Source: Ylistrum balloti
Taxonomy: Eukaryota
NCBI RefSeq assembly: GCF_031769215.1
Contig: NW_026782067.1
Location: 682,001-746,000, forward strand
Direction: 5' to 3'
DNA length: 64,000 bases
Shown: one piece after another, positions 1 to 14,450 of the stretch
Numbering within the stretch: position 1 is the first letter of the stretch
How the letters are laid out: each line of letters begins with the position of its first letter
Made by a program: the position numbers and the translations under genes
The notes under the pieces: generated by a model
Database searches by the model: none
Seen by the model: the letters and a program-made list of their open reading frames with translations, nothing else
What the model was told of the DNA's origin: nothing

Positions 1-2250
1 GGGGATAATGTAGCCATCTCAGGCACCGATTCCAGTACATTTCTCTTCCCTTTTTGAGATATTTTGACACCTTCATTGACTAAACAATAAGATAATACTA
101 GAAAATTAACAACTTGCATTTTTATATACAGAAATGAAATTAAAACAACTAAAATAAAAAAAAAATTAATGAAAGAAATTCCAATATTAATAACACTGCA
201 ATGTCAAATTAGCAAAACAATGAAAGAAATCCAGTGTTAATAACATTGCAATTATATTAATTCAGAGAATCATTCCCATCAACAAACATCATCAACACAG
301 GACCCCAATCTGCACTTTGTAGATTAAACAGCTCTCACTGAAGGAAATAAGGCCATGTTACATTGTATTTCATAGGTCATCATAGAAAGTTCAAGAGTTC
401 ATGTTTTGACTACAGAAGCACCTCATCAATCAGCTGACATTTGAATTTAGTTTATTTGGAAAGTTTATACAGTGACCCACATCAGATGTGACTTGCAGGT
501 AAATCAGGTACAATACCATAAATATTTCATTCTGATCCTCCCAACAGAATACATTATTTGCATTTTTACTAAAATGAAAACTGAGTTTGCCTAACAATTT
601 TTTCAATATCCTTTAAAATTGGACTATGTATGTGCAGTGTCTTCAAAAGCAATTATGTTATACATTGGCCTATAAGCCAATTGATGGTCTAGTAGCTGTG
701 AAGTACATTGGCCTATAAGCCTGTGAGTGGCCTGGCAGATGTAGAGAACATAGGCCTATAAGCCTGCTGGTGGTCTAGTAGCTGTGAAGTACATCGGCCT
801 ATAAGCCTGTTGGTGAACTTGTAGCTGTGAAGTACATTGGCCTATAAGCCTGCTGGTGGTCTAGTAGCTGTGAAGTACATTTGCATATAAGCCTGTGGGT
901 GGTCTGGCAGATGTAGAGAACATTGGCCTATAAGCCTGTTGGTGGTCTATTAGCTGTGAAGTACATCGGCCTATAAGCCTGCTGGTGGTCTAGAAGCTGT
1001 GAAGTACATTGGCCTGTAAGCCTGTTGGTGGTCTAGTAGCTGTGAAGTACATTGGCCTGTAAGCCTGTTGGTGGTCTAGTAGCTGTGAAGTACATCGGCC
1101 TATAAGCCTGTTGGTGGTCTAGTAGCTGTGAAGTACATTGGCCTGTAAGCCTGTTGGTGGTCTAGTAGCTGTGAAGTACATTGGCCTGTAAGCCTGTTGG
1201 TGGTCTAGTAGCTGTGAAGTACATTGGCCTGTAAGCCTGTTGGTGGTCTAGTAGCTGTGAAGTACATTGGCCTATAAGCCTGTGGGTGGTCTGGCAGATG
1301 TAGAATCATTGGCCTATAAGCCTGTTGGTGATCTTGTAGCTGTGAAGCACATTGGCCTATAAGCCTGTTGGTGGTCTAGTAGCTGTGAAGTACATTGGCC
1401 TATAAGCCTGTTGGTGGTCTAGTAGCTGTGAAGTACATTGGTCTATAAGCCTGTGGGTGGTCTGGCAGATGTAGAATCATTGGCCTATAAGCCTGTTGGT
1501 GATCTTGTAGCTGTGAAGCACATTGGCCTATAAGCCTGTTGGTGGTCTAGTAGCTGTGAAGTACATTGGCCTATAAGCCTGTTGGTGGTCTAGTAGCTGT
1601 GAAGTACATTGGCCTGTATGTTGGTGGTCTAGTAGCTGTGAAGTACATTGGCCTGTAAGCCTGTTGGTGGTCTAGTAGCTGTGAAGTACATTGGCCTGTA
1701 AGCCTGTTGGTGGTCTAGTAGCTGTGAAGTACATTGGCCTATAAGCCTGTGGGTGGTCTGGCAGATGTATAATCATTGGCCTATAAGCCTGTTGGTGATC
1801 TTGTAGCTGTGAAGCACATTGGCCTATAAGCCTGTTGGTGGTCTAGTAGCTATGAAGTACATTGGCCTATAAGCCTGTTGGTGGTCTAGTAGCTGTGAAG
1901 TACATTGGCCTGTAAGCCTGTTGGTGGTCTAGTAGCTGTGAAGTACATTGGCCTGTATGTTGGTGGTCTAGTAGCTGTGAAGTACATTAGCCTATAAGCC
2001 TGTTGGTGGTCTTGTAGCTGTGAAGTACATTGGCCTATAAGCCTGTTGGTGGTCTAGTTGCAATGTTGTGAATCATTTGTACTTGTTATTAGCAATGACA
2101 TTCATCTCATTACATCTCCATACCAATACAAGTTTATGGCCGATAAGAGTACTTTAATTCAAGCCCACATTAATTTATCAATTTCCTCCCAATTTTCACA
2201 CCATCTCTATATACGGGTTCGCTGCTGATGTGAAACGTACTTTGAGCCAT
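1..2250 (-). CDS. Candidate 5' coding exons of an unrecognised gene (2202-2250 and 1-79, running off the window)
   Basis: On the minus strand, ctgtttcag|gcaATGG gives MAQSTFHISSEPVYRD with a phase-1 donor gtgtga at 2201. It joins in phase to ttattgtttag|tc at 79, giving (V)NEGVKISQKGKRNVLESVPEMATLSP, open to base 1. Both segments are GC-richer than their flanks. No homology recognised. Confidence 0.4.
661..2057. repeat. Minisatellite, 43-bp unit (cattggcctataagcctgttggtggtctagtagctgtgaagta), about 32 copies
   Basis: Period read directly, e.g. 1021 and 1064. Confidence 0.95.
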
Positions 2251-4795
2251 TGCCTGAAACAGTTCATGGTAGTTATTGAATTACCAAGCTCAACAGAACA
2301 ACATTCAACTGAAGAGCCATAACTGCGGACTGTGGTTACAAGGACAAACATCAAAAATACCTCAATTGAAGTGGAAGTTTATTCCCTTTCTTTTCCCTTT
2401 CTTCATTAAACTACTATCTATGACAAAATTGTAAGAAATAAAAGTAGATAATTCAAAAACTTGTATCTCTATCACTAACATATTTCTTAATTCTGGCAAC
2501 TTGAATTTCTCATACATCTGGAAGTTATAACTTTTGCTTTACTCTGGAATCTAGCTACATCAAAGGGTTCAAGGATATTCTCATAACTTTCACACACAGA
2601 AATTCCATTATGGAGTATACATAATCAAATTAAGGACAGATTAATTAAGCATCTGTAGGAGTTATGGGGTAATACACTGAATAAAGGGAGACAACCTGTG
2701 GGGAACCTTTTTAGATTTAGTTTAAGATTATGATATTGATAGACAGGTTTACAAAAATGTTTTGAACAAGACAGCTTTGATAGTTTTGGCAAGATCACCA
2801 AACTCAACCTTTAGTTTGTTGCCTTGCTTTCAAATTTATATTACATGGGTGAGCAAGTAGTGACAAATTGCAAAACACCTCTTTTCAAAATATCTGCCAT
2901 GAAATCAATGACACAATTAGGCATTTCACCCCTCTACAACAATTGGTTGGCTCCCATGTTGACAATTTAAAAGCAGAGCTAAAGGAAAGTATGGATCAAT
3001 CAATATCACACATGTGTTATTCATGGCTTCCCACGCCCAGGTCTTGTGACAAAAATGGGAGCTTTCCTCACCCAGAATTTTTAATAAGGCAACAGAGACC
3101 TTTCCTCTCAATCTTCACAAAGAAACTGGGAAAAACATTTCACCCATACATTGTAATGGTGGAACAGTAAACATATAACACCAAGAAATTATTGTAGACA
3201 AACAGGGGGGCTTTTCACACCCAGAGATTGTCAGGGGGAGAAAGGAACTATCTTCCCACAATAAGGGTTTGAAGAAGGGGGAAGTTTAACATTTTATTAG
3301 GAAACATTATTAACTGAGCTTTTTTTCACACAGATAGATTGCATTAGGGGAGCAGAGATTTTCATTGCACTGGAAAATGGCTTCCAATTGAAAACCAGCC
3401 ACTGATACTGGGGGAGTAGCATAGTTTCCTTTTATAATGGAGATACTTTAAATGGGTTACCAATTCCTAGAAATGATGGGTAAAATAGGAAAACAAGAAA
3501 GATTAATGTTGGTAGCTTTTCCAACCAGTAGCAGCGGTAAATGCAGTGCAAAGATTCAGTCAACCTACCAACACTAAGAAATGGCGTGAATAAAGTGGCC
3601 GACTGCAAAGAGCACTGGATGTGTACAGATCAATAGAAACTGGAATATGTGGAAGGACGAGAATACATGAGTAGTAGGTTAGGAAGGAGGGTATTATTGT
3701 TAGGAGAGGTGGGAGGGGGGGGGGGGTTACTAAAGCCAACTGGAAAAAGCAAAGGGAGTGAACTCTGGTCTCTGGAAATGAGGGAGCAAGGAAGAAGTTG
3801 CTAAAGTTGGAAGAAGGCATTTTGATGTAGGGCTTTTTACAGTGGTTTTAATGGTCATGGAGACAATGGGGGTACATTATTGGTTGGGAGGTGGGGGAGG
3901 GGGTCATAATGACAAGATATCTGAATGGTTGTAATAGAGATTGTATTTAAGACTGGTAGAATGGTGGAAATGGAGCAGTATGAGGAATGGGACAAGAGTA
4001 CATGGTTTAGATGTTTGCTAGATACCAAGGTTACCAAATGGGTCAAACAGGTGAAAACAACAGCCATTGAAAGTGATGGAGATTCTGCAGGAAAGTCACA
4101 ACACCGTGTAGACAATGGTTCTGGAAAGGCAGTCAGTATGGAATTATTTTCTGATGTATTAAACACACATTCAATTCTCTAAAGTGATGAATTTTGATCA
4201 ATCACAAAACAAGTTTAGTGTAGATGATCTATTTCATAAGAATTATACTGCTCAATTCAATTCAATCTACATGTTATTGAACTTTCCAAGATAGATGTGC
4301 ACTCAATATTAATTATTCATATTTTGAAACATGAGCCAATCAATTCTCCCAATTAACTGGATCAATTTACCACAGACAAATTTACTGCATGAGAAAAATT
4401 GATGATCGTGTTGGTTATTTAATTTACATCAAACAAAGAAAGCTCCACAGGGTACTATCATATAGCGTGTCATCAAAAAGACAAATAGTCCCCCCTGGGA
4501 AATACACAGATGGTATTGAACAGAAAGTGATAAACATCAGATTCAGACTTTTCAATGATTTTCTTTCTTTTGCTTACATTTCTCCACATATACTCTCTTG
4601 TAATCTGTTGACAGAAATCAGAAGCATATAACCTAATATGTTGCCATTTAGCATGTTCTCCTGCGGGGCTTTTAAATGTCAAAGTTATCTACTTACTAAA
4701 TACAGACTGTCATTACAAGACATTTTAATACAAAACAAACATAGAATGTCAGAGGTAACACCACTGGCAAAATGGGTAAACCTAGTGCAGATTCT

Positions 4796-5226
4796 GAAAT
4801 CAAGTCAACTGAGTACACAGACAGAAACCAAGTCAACCAAGTACACAGATAGAATTCAAGTCAACCAAGTACACAGACAGAAACCAAGTCAACAGAGAAC
4901 ACAGACAGAAACCAAGTCAACCAAGTACACAGATAGAATTCAAGTCAACCAAGTACACAGACAGAAACCAAGTCAACCAAGTACACAGACAGAAACCAAG
5001 TCAACCAAGTACACAGACAGAAACCAAGTCAACCAAGTACACAGATAGAATTCAAGTCAACATCGTACACAGACAGAAACCAAGTCAACCAAGTACACAG
5101 ACAGAAACCAAGTCAACCAAGTACACAGATAGAATTCAAGTCAACATCGTACACAGACAGAAACCAAGTCAACCAAGTACACAGACAGAAACCAAGTCAA
5201 CCAAGTACACAGACAGAAACCAAGTC
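4796..5226. repeat. Minisatellite, 28-bp unit (gaaaccaagtcaaccaagtacacagaca), about 15 copies
   Basis: Direct reading. Confidence 0.95.
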
Positions 5227-5864
5227 TGAACATCCTACTGAAACAAAACCTGTAATCTAGAACACCTGATTGAAAGACTCTGGAACCAAGGACACCTAAG
5301 ATATAATAAGATATTGGAACAAGAACATATATGATGCTGATTCTTTGAAATTATAAGAGCATCTGAGTGACTAAGACTGTTAAACCAAGAACAGTGCTGA
5401 CACAGACATCGAAACCAAGACAACAAAGTTTGTCCAGTAAAACAAGTGAGAACTACAAACTTACTAAATATAAAGATTATAGAACACTAAACAAAAAATC
5501 ACAAGTCAATGATCTATGATCAATACAATTCATTCCAATGGACCAATTGGGCAAAGACACACAGTGAATTAAACAAGGAAATGTTGAACATTACAAAGAA
5601 TGATAGATCTAACATCTCGACAGAAATTCTAAAGATTAAACAAAGATTTATTTATATCAGTTAGAAAAGATGCCGATGGAAATCATAACAAATCTCGCCT
5701 CTGATCGCTTCTGTCAGTAAACAAAATCTCACTGCTATAAACAGATGAAGGGTTACGTTGATGGATTTAGATTCTTTGACAAAAAGATTTCATTGCTACC
5801 ACAGGAAACATACAGCAATTTGTGGTATCAGCCATTCTATTGATCAAGACACATTATTTCCTAA

Positions 5865-6225
5865 TGTGGTATGTATGTGAGAAAATGTGAGGTGAGGGAA
5901 ACATTTCTATGTGGTGGTGTGCAACAACATGTGAGGGGAGAGAATTACACGTATGTGGTATGTATGTGAGAAAATGTGAGGTGAGGGAAACATTTCTATG
6001 TGGTGGTGTGCAACAACATGTGAGGGGAGAGAATTACATGTATGTGGTATGTATGTGAGAAAATGTGTTTGTATGTGGTGGTATGTGTCAGTATGAGGCC
6101 TGGAAACATTTGTATGTGGTGGTATGTGTCAGTATGAGGCCTGGAAACATTTGTATGTGGTGGTATGTGTCAGTATGAGGCCTGGAAACATTTGTATGTG
6201 GTGGTATGTTTCAGTATGAAATGAG
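5865..6225. repeat. 89-bp duplication followed by a related 41-bp unit (about 3.5 copies)
   Basis: tgtggtatgtatgtgag at 5865, 5954 and 6043; tttgtatgtggtggtatgtgtcagtatgaggcctggaaaca repeats. Confidence 0.85.
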
Positions 6226-8885
6226 GAAATGTTTTATGAGGTGTGTGACAAGATATGTAATGGGTGGGCTATCAGGGTAAATACTTTCCCTTAAAATGAT
6301 CTGATTATGAGGTTTGAAAAGATTCTGCAATGGACCTTTGATAGTACAGCTCTGCTATAATAAGGTTCTGCAGTGAATCAGTGCTGAGATTGCTGAGAGT
6401 AAGATGCTATATATAGCCTGGATCAGCTGATCTGTTGTTGATCAATAGGTCCCGTCCCAACTGTTCTTGCAGTACTATTTGTACAGGTGAGTAATTAATG
6501 GTTTGGGGCAATGGTACATCGTTATATTCACATTGATGCTGCCACATCCTTGTATACTATACTTTATCATGATGTTGCAAATACAAACTGAACATCTCAG
6601 AGAATTTAAAGATGTAGTCATGCCTAATGTTATCAAGACTGTAATAAATTTTAGTTCTTATAATTTACAATCAACATTGCAGATATATCTGTAACTCCTT
6701 TAAAAAATATTCTCACCTGTGAAACTGCTCTTCTTATAAATATACATAAATAAACAATAAATGAATACCTGTAAAACACAAACAAATATATACATTATAC
6801 GTGTATCTTTGCCTCAACTTCAACCATAATCAGGTCAACAATGAAATGCAAAAATTTTCTATTTTGGAAAATTTGGAGAGGTAATTTTATTGAGATATAT
6901 CCAAATGTTAAATATCAGAAAAATATCATGGATATGTGTCATGTGTTATTTTTTAATTGATTGTCAAAGATTCTAACTTAAGAAATATGCACTAAGACTT
7001 CAAATACAAGTTTAGCACACATTTCACATATGTACCAAGTTTTAATCAGATAAAACTTACATCCTTTTCTCAAAATTTTATCATATTTTCTTATGATCAC
7101 ACATTCTATCTCGCCTACTTTTTTCCCATTCACCATTTAAATGAACTAATTAAAGGAGCGAGTGTATTTATTTTTATTACTCATATCAATGTGTTGCAGT
7201 GACTATTAGCCAAAACCCGACCTGTTATCTCAGGCGATAATGAATGCAGCCAGGAGTTACATGATAGTACTGTGTTAGTGGCACAGTGGCACCGTAAAGT
7301 GTCATCTTAATGTTCAATGTATCTTTATCATTACAAAAAGTATCATATGAAGCATCAATTCAGCCATAGGTTTCACCTTTTGTTTCCTACATTTGTCTGT
7401 GACATACACAATAAACACAGCACTGTCAGGGCATATATGTTCCTTATTTAGCCACAGCATTTCCAAATGCATGTTAGCTTTTTGGCATTAGACATGTATT
7501 TTTAGATCAAAAAGGCAATGAACTGGAATTGGTAATTTGGAATGATAAAGGACCATATCTCTTGCAAGGAATAAATATATTCCTTCCTTTCAAAAATTTA
7601 AAGTGCAAGAACTATTTTCATTTAGATACTTCAACCAAACAACCTAACCTATCATTTATTAGTCCATCAGCTGATTAAAAAAAAACAAGAAAAAATTTAT
7701 TAGTTAAAGATATTTGTTAAATAATATATTTTTCTACATTATCATTAAAATCAACTGTAAATCCAACATTATTTCATCATATGTTATTGACAACCCTATC
7801 ATTATAAAACCACCAATCCTGCCTAAATAAGCCTGTCTGAAAGCCTAACAAATGTGAAGAAATAACAATCGCCTATCACTGGAAAATACGTTGTCAGGAT
7901 TTATTCTTGAAACATTCATAAGGGGGATAATATTCATACCCTGGGAGTTCACCAATTATCACTCCAGTTACCATGGGCAAAATTTACAGGAAAAACACAT
8001 TATCCTCCAATAATAGTGATGCAGATTGCCCCCAAATGTACATTTACATAAAAACAGGATTAGAAAGATTGGGGAGTGCAGAAATACCAGAATTAACACC
8101 GATTCCTTTTATTCCAATATTGTGCAACGGTACAGATGATGGAAAAAGGACGTCATCAGTGCTGCTAAAACGTCATTGAAACAAACCTTTTACACATGAC
8201 AGCTACATTGTTTAAGGACGGAGCAGTGATTAGCATTTGCCTATCTCATAACAGCAGTCTACTATGACATGTACCAGAATTATGTGATAAAATCAGTTTG
8301 TTCTTTCTCTTGCACACATGTACACTTTTATTGCTCAATACAAACTATCTTGATTATTAACTACCTAGAAAATTATTATTTACGTCATTGTACAAGTATT
8401 CCAGACTAAACATCTGTGACATGAACAGCTGTTACAATACTTAACTAAACAGTACTTAGCTGATATTAGGTCAGATTAGCGACACAATTACCTATACATG
8501 TAGTTTTCTAGTCATAGCAATAAACCAGTTGTATTTATTTTTCTGCCTTTCTTAATTTAGCAAAAAAACATTGTCTAGACATGTTCTCTTCCATATATGG
8601 TTTTATAGGAATAACTAATTAAGAATATATTCATACAATAGTATAAGATAGGATAGGTAATTGGCAAGAGTATTAGAAAGGGCCATAAAAGGTACTTATA
8701 GGGTCATTCTAGCCTCAGACGGCTACATGAGAAATCAGTTTTGGTTTGGAAAATTAAATAAAATAGTTTCAATAATGTCCTAAATAACTGTATCTCTTTA
8801 ATCAGCTGTAAGGTTTAACAAAGAATTTTGCTCAGAGAATTTATCTCTGGTTATTAAACCCTGGGTTTTACTATGTGTTACAGTT

Positions 8886-9956
8886 ATAATCATCATTGTT
8901 AATCTCAATCAGGTGACATCATCACTGTTAATCTCAATCAGGTGACATCATCACTGTTAATCTCAATCAGTTGTCATCATCACTGTTAATCTCAATCAGT
9001 TGTCATCATCACTGTTAATCTCAATCAGTTGTCATCATCACTGTTAATCTCAATCAGTTGTCATCATCATTGTTAATCTCAATCAGTTGTCATCATCACT
9101 GTTAATCTCAATCAGTTGTCATCATCATTGTTAATCTCAATCAGTTGTCATCATCACTGTTAATCTCAATCAGTTGTCATCATCATTGTTAATCTCGATC
9201 AGTTGTCATCATCACTGTTAATCTCAATCAGTTGTCATCATCACTGTTAATCTCAATCAGTTGTCATCATCACTGTTAATCTCAATCAGTTGTCATCATC
9301 ACTGTTAATCTCAATCAGTTGTCATCATCATTGTTAATCTCAATCAGTTGTCATCATCATTGTTAATCTCAATCAGTTGTCATCATCACTGTTAATCTCA
9401 ATCAGTTGTCATCATCACTGTTAATCTCAATCAGTTGTCATCATCATTGTTAATCTCGATCAGTTGTCATCATCACTGTTAATCTCAATCAGTTGTCATC
9501 ATCACTGTTAATCTCAATCAGTTGTCATCATCACTGTTAATCTCAATCAGTTGTCATCATCATTGTTAATCTCGATCAGTTGTCATCATCACTGTTAATC
9601 TCAATCAGTTGTCATCATCACTGTTAATCTCAATCAGTTGTCATCATCATTGTTAATCTCAATCAGTTGTCATCATCACTGTTAATCTCAATCAGTTGTC
9701 ATCATCACTGTTAATCTCAATCAGTTGTCATCATCACTGTTAATCTCAATCAGTTGTCATCATCATTGTTAATCTCAATCAGTTGTCATCATCATTGTTA
9801 ATCTCAATCAGTTGTCATCATCACTGTTAATCTCGATCAGTTGTCATCATCACTGTTAATCTCAATCAGGTGACATCATCACTGTTAATCTGAATCAGTT
9901 GTCATCATCACTGTTAATCAGAATCAGGTGATATCATCACATTAATCTCGATCAGG
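8886..9956. repeat. Minisatellite, 29-bp unit (atcatcactgttaatctcaatcagttgtc), about 36 copies
   Basis: Direct reading. Confidence 0.96.
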
Positions 9957-10351
9957 TGTCATCGTTACTTTTAATGTGAAATTGAATTAATTGTCATCTT
10001 GTAAATCTAATTAATATATCATATCTTTGCTGTGAATCTTCTACACAATATTTTTGCATTGGAAATATACACAATTGTAAAACTAATGAAAGCTTGTCTG
10101 GGATCAGACGTGTGATTGTATAACTCCTAATACCTATAGCTGTTCTAGTAAACATGTCAAATAAGATCAGAAATCAACAGGAAAGGATCAGTCACAATAC
10201 ACCCACTCCCAGTCATCAGCCAAGACTTCTCAATCCAGTGAAAATCAATCCTGTGCGACCTGTCAGTAAAGTACATTTTATAGTTTACCATTTCTTTTGG
10301 GCACATGTCAAAAGTAACTGGCACAGTAACTGCACTCTTCTACCTCACCAT

Positions 10352-12183
10352 TGTCATGAAAACACTTTTGCAGATAATCAGTGTTATGGATACACTGTGT
10401 AGATAATCAGTGTTATGGATGCACTTTGTAGATAATCAGTGTCAGTGATACACTTTGTAGATAATCAGTGTTATGGATACACTGTGTAGATAATCAGTGT
10501 TATGGATACACTGTGTAGATAATCAGTGTTATGGATACACTGTGTAGATAATCAGTGTCATGAAAACACTTTTGCAGATAATCAGTGTTATGGATACACT
10601 GTGTAGATAATCAGTGTTATGGATGCACTTTGTAGATAATCAGTGTCAGTGATACACTTTGTAGATAATCAGTGTTATGGATACACTGTGTAGATAATCA
10701 GTGTTATGGATACACTGTGTAGATAATCAGTGTTATGGATACACTGTGTAGATAATCAGTGTTATGGATACACTGTGTAGATAATCAGTGTTATGGATAC
10801 ACTTTGTAGATAATCAGTGTTATGGATACACTGTGTAGATAATCAGTGTTATGGATACACTGTGTAGATAATCAGTGTTATGGATACACTGTGTAGATAA
10901 TCAGTGTTATGGATACACTGTGTAGATAATCAGTGTTATGGATACACTGTGTAGATAATCAGTGTTATGGATACACTGTGTAGATAATCAGTGTTATGGA
11001 TACACTGTGTAGATAATCAGTGTTATGGATACACTGTGTAGATAATCAGTGTTATGGATACACTGTGTAGATAATCAGTGTTATGGATACACTGTGTAGA
11101 TAATCAGTGTTATGGATACACTTTGCAGATAATCAGTGTTATGGATACACTTTGTAGATAATCAGTGTTATGGATGCACTGTGTAGATAATCAGTGTTAT
11201 GGATACACTGTGTAGATAATCAGTGTTATGGAGATAATCAGTGTTATGGATACACTTTGTAGATAATCAGTGTTATGGATACACTGTGTAGATAATCAGT
11301 GTTATGGATGCACTGTGTAGATAATCAGTGTTATGGATGCACTGTGTAGATAATCAGTGTTATGGATGCACTGTGTAGATAATCAGTGTTATGGATACAC
11401 TGTGTAGATAATCAGTGTTATGGATACACTGTGTAGATAATCAGTGTTATGGATACACTTTGTAGATAATCAGTGTTATGGATACACTTTGTAGATAATC
11501 AGTGTTATGGATACACTGTGTAGATAATCAGTGTTATGGATACACTTTGTAGATAATCAGTGTTATGAATACACTTTGTAGATAATCAGTGTCAGTGATA
11601 CACTTTGTAGATAATCAGTGTTATGGATACACTGTGTAGATAATCAGTGTTATGGATACACTGTGTAGATAATCAGTGTTATGGATACACTGTGTAGATA
11701 ATCAGTGTTATGGATACACTGTGTAGATAATCAGTGTTATGGATACACTGTGTAGATAATCAGTGTTATGGATACACTGTGTAGATAATCAGTGTTATGG
11801 ATACACTGTGTAGATAATCAGTGTTATGGATACACTGTGTAGATAATCAGTGTTATGGATACACTGTGTAGATAATCAGTGTTATGGATACACTGTGTAG
11901 ATAATCAGTGTTATGGATACACTTTGTAGATAATCAGTGTTATGGATACACTTTGTAGATAATCAGTGTTATGGATGCACTTTGTAGATAATCAGTGTTA
12001 TGGATACACTGTGTAGATAATCAGTGTTATGGATACACTGTGTAGATAATCAGTGTTATGGATACACTTTGCAGATAATCAGTGTTATGGATACACTGTG
12101 TAGATAATCAGTGTTATGGATACACTGTGTAGATAATCAGTGTTATGGATACACTGTGTAGATAATCAGTGTTATGGATACAC
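10352..12183. repeat. Minisatellite, 29-bp unit (gataatcagtgttatggatacactgtgta), about 62 copies
   Basis: Direct reading. Confidence 0.97.
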
Positions 12184-12904
12184 CTGGATCAATCATGTAT
12201 ACAATTGTACAGATCAGTACAAATGGTACATTAAGTAGACATTTAGAGCAACCAGTGAAGTAACCATTGAATAAACCATAAGAAAGTTATACCATGTCAG
12301 GTCAATTTGGATATTTTCTCCCAATAACAAATGCTAATGTTATGTATTCCTTTGCCAAGAGTGCACAGATCAATCAGACACCAAAATGTAAACAGAATAA
12401 AAGTAACAGTCTTAATTCAAATGTGGAATCTTCGAACCTTCAATAGTGAAACTTTTCAGCCACAAATATCAACCCTGATCCAGTACAAAATTACCCTTAA
12501 CCATAGCGTGTAAAATTACCTATAACCTTAAACCATAACCTTTACCAAGAGCAGCATAATGCATCCTTAAATATTCAAGTTCTCTGTGACTAACTGAAGT
12601 ATCACATGCAATATGTGGTATTGCACTTCAATCGACTCACTTGACTTCAGTTGACTAATGTACTGCTACTATCAGAGCTATTGCTGTCTTTCCCCCCTTC
12701 ATGCCATGTAGTCTTTATCCATTTCACTGGCTGCCATCTTCACCCCTCAGTTGGGAGCTGAACTTACTGACAGTCATAATGACCAACAATTGATATGTTA
12801 TCTTATTGGTCTTTACCCATTGACAGGTAGGTCATCTCATTAGTGGTCATCTTGACCTCTTGGTCGGTAGGTAGATCATCTTATGGGTGATCACCTTGAC
12901 CCCT

Positions 12905-13320
12905 TTATTGGTAGTTAATTTCACTGGCAGACATCTTGACCCCTTGGTTGGTAGTTAATCTCACTGGCAGACATCTTGACCCCTTGGTTGGTAGTTAATC
13001 TCACTGGCAGACATCTTGACCCCTTGGTTGGTAGTTAATTTTACTGGCAGTCATCTTGACCCCTTGGTTGGTAGTTAATCTCACTGGCAGACATCTTGAC
13101 CCCTTGGTTGGTAGTTAATCTCACTGGCAGACATCTTGACCCCTTGGTTGGTAGTTAATCTCACTGGCAGACATCTTGACCCCTTGGTTGGTAGTTAATC
13201 TCACTGGCAGACATCTTGACCCCTTGGTTGGTAGTTAATCTCATTGGCAGACATCTTGACCCCTTTATTGGTAGTTAATCTCATTGGCAGAAATCTCGGC
13301 CAATTGGCTGGTAGTTAATA
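12905..13320. repeat. Minisatellite, 40-bp unit (tcactggcagacatcttgaccccttggttggtagttaatc), about 10 copies
   Basis: Period 12961/13001; degenerate units from about 12800. Confidence 0.95.
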
Positions 13321-14370
13321 TTGCGGTTGGTGATCTTGACCTCTTTTCTGACTGTTTGTAAGTTTTCCATCTAATGTCCGTTTGACTTTGACCATTTTTT
13401 GAGTGATTTACAATTCAAGATACACTATTTTCAACATAGATTTGTGTATTCCTTTGATTAGCATGAACCTATACCTTGAAACTGGATTGATCACCAACAC
13501 CACTATAACAAGAGACAGACAATTTTATGGGACCGATACAAGAGGACTTCTGTACACGCATGTCTCACCTACTGAGCTTGTACCTCCTAACCACTTGGGA
13601 TATACATTTACCAGGTATTGCATTAAGTTTTATATGGCAACTAGACGACTTTTAGTCTATCTAAATAAAATACCTGACAGAGAAGATTTACATTATACAA
13701 TCAAAGTGAAACATGCAAGGAGTTATCAAGGTATATATACCCAGGACATGCTTTACAAAGGATAGAAAGGTGGCTTCGTTTCAGTCTCATACATTATAGA
13801 TACTTACAAAATGGTTGGACATGCTACACACATGATAAGAAACACCTGCCTTTTATCTTCATATACATCTTTTACTCTGCCATATCAGAAAAGACAAAAT
13901 CAGTAGTTCCAATTATAAAATCGCTGAAGATATATAGTTGTTAATTTGTGTCTTTTACAGTGAACGGTGTAATACAAAAATAATTGTCCCAGAATGGTAC
14001 TGTTCATCATTTATCACCCAATATCTGGTTCAATCTGTCATGCATTCTGGCAGCATCAATAATAAACATTTATGTACATATTAAACTTGTGTTTTATGGT
14101 ATGATAAATTTAAACTAATCAAAACGTAAAGTGTCAATAATCAATTTACATAACCTAATTAGGGAAGTTATTTGGGTAAGACAACTTTAATCAATGTTGT
14201 CATTTCTACTCTTTCCCAATGTTAAATTGGTACATCGACCCGAGGAAATATTTACAAAGCACAGATAAATATTTGTGTGACCATCAAATTTCATTTTAAT
14301 TGCACACACATGACCAACAGAAAAAAAGCACTGTCATTTGACTGTCATGATAGTAAACTTATCCAGCAAT

Positions 14371-14450
14371 AAACCCATGTCTGGTACAAATTCTGATACA
14401 AAACCCAGGTCTGGTACAAACTCTGATACAAAACCCATGTCTTGTATAAG
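14371..14450. repeat. 30-bp tandem duplication, about 2.5 copies
   Basis: aaacccatgtctggtacaaattctgataca. Confidence 0.8.

Noticed and set aside
2625-4182. Cluster of short ORFs in a G-rich stretch, possible decayed retroelement
   Set aside because: No RT, endonuclease, gag or integrase motifs could be read.
4638-5048. 136-aa ORF
   Set aside because: Its second half is a translation of the 28-bp minisatellite; no homology or splice support.
10380-10410. CAGTGT iron-responsive-element-like loop in the 29-mer
   Set aside because: The required 5-bp upper stem and bulged C are absent.
8886-12183. CRISPR-like 29-bp repeats with hairpins
   Set aside because: The units are contiguous with no unique spacers, there are no cas genes, and the context is eukaryotic.
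13403-13765. 120-aa ORF
   Set aside because: No recognisable motif or splice sites, and composition matches the surrounding intron-like DNA.
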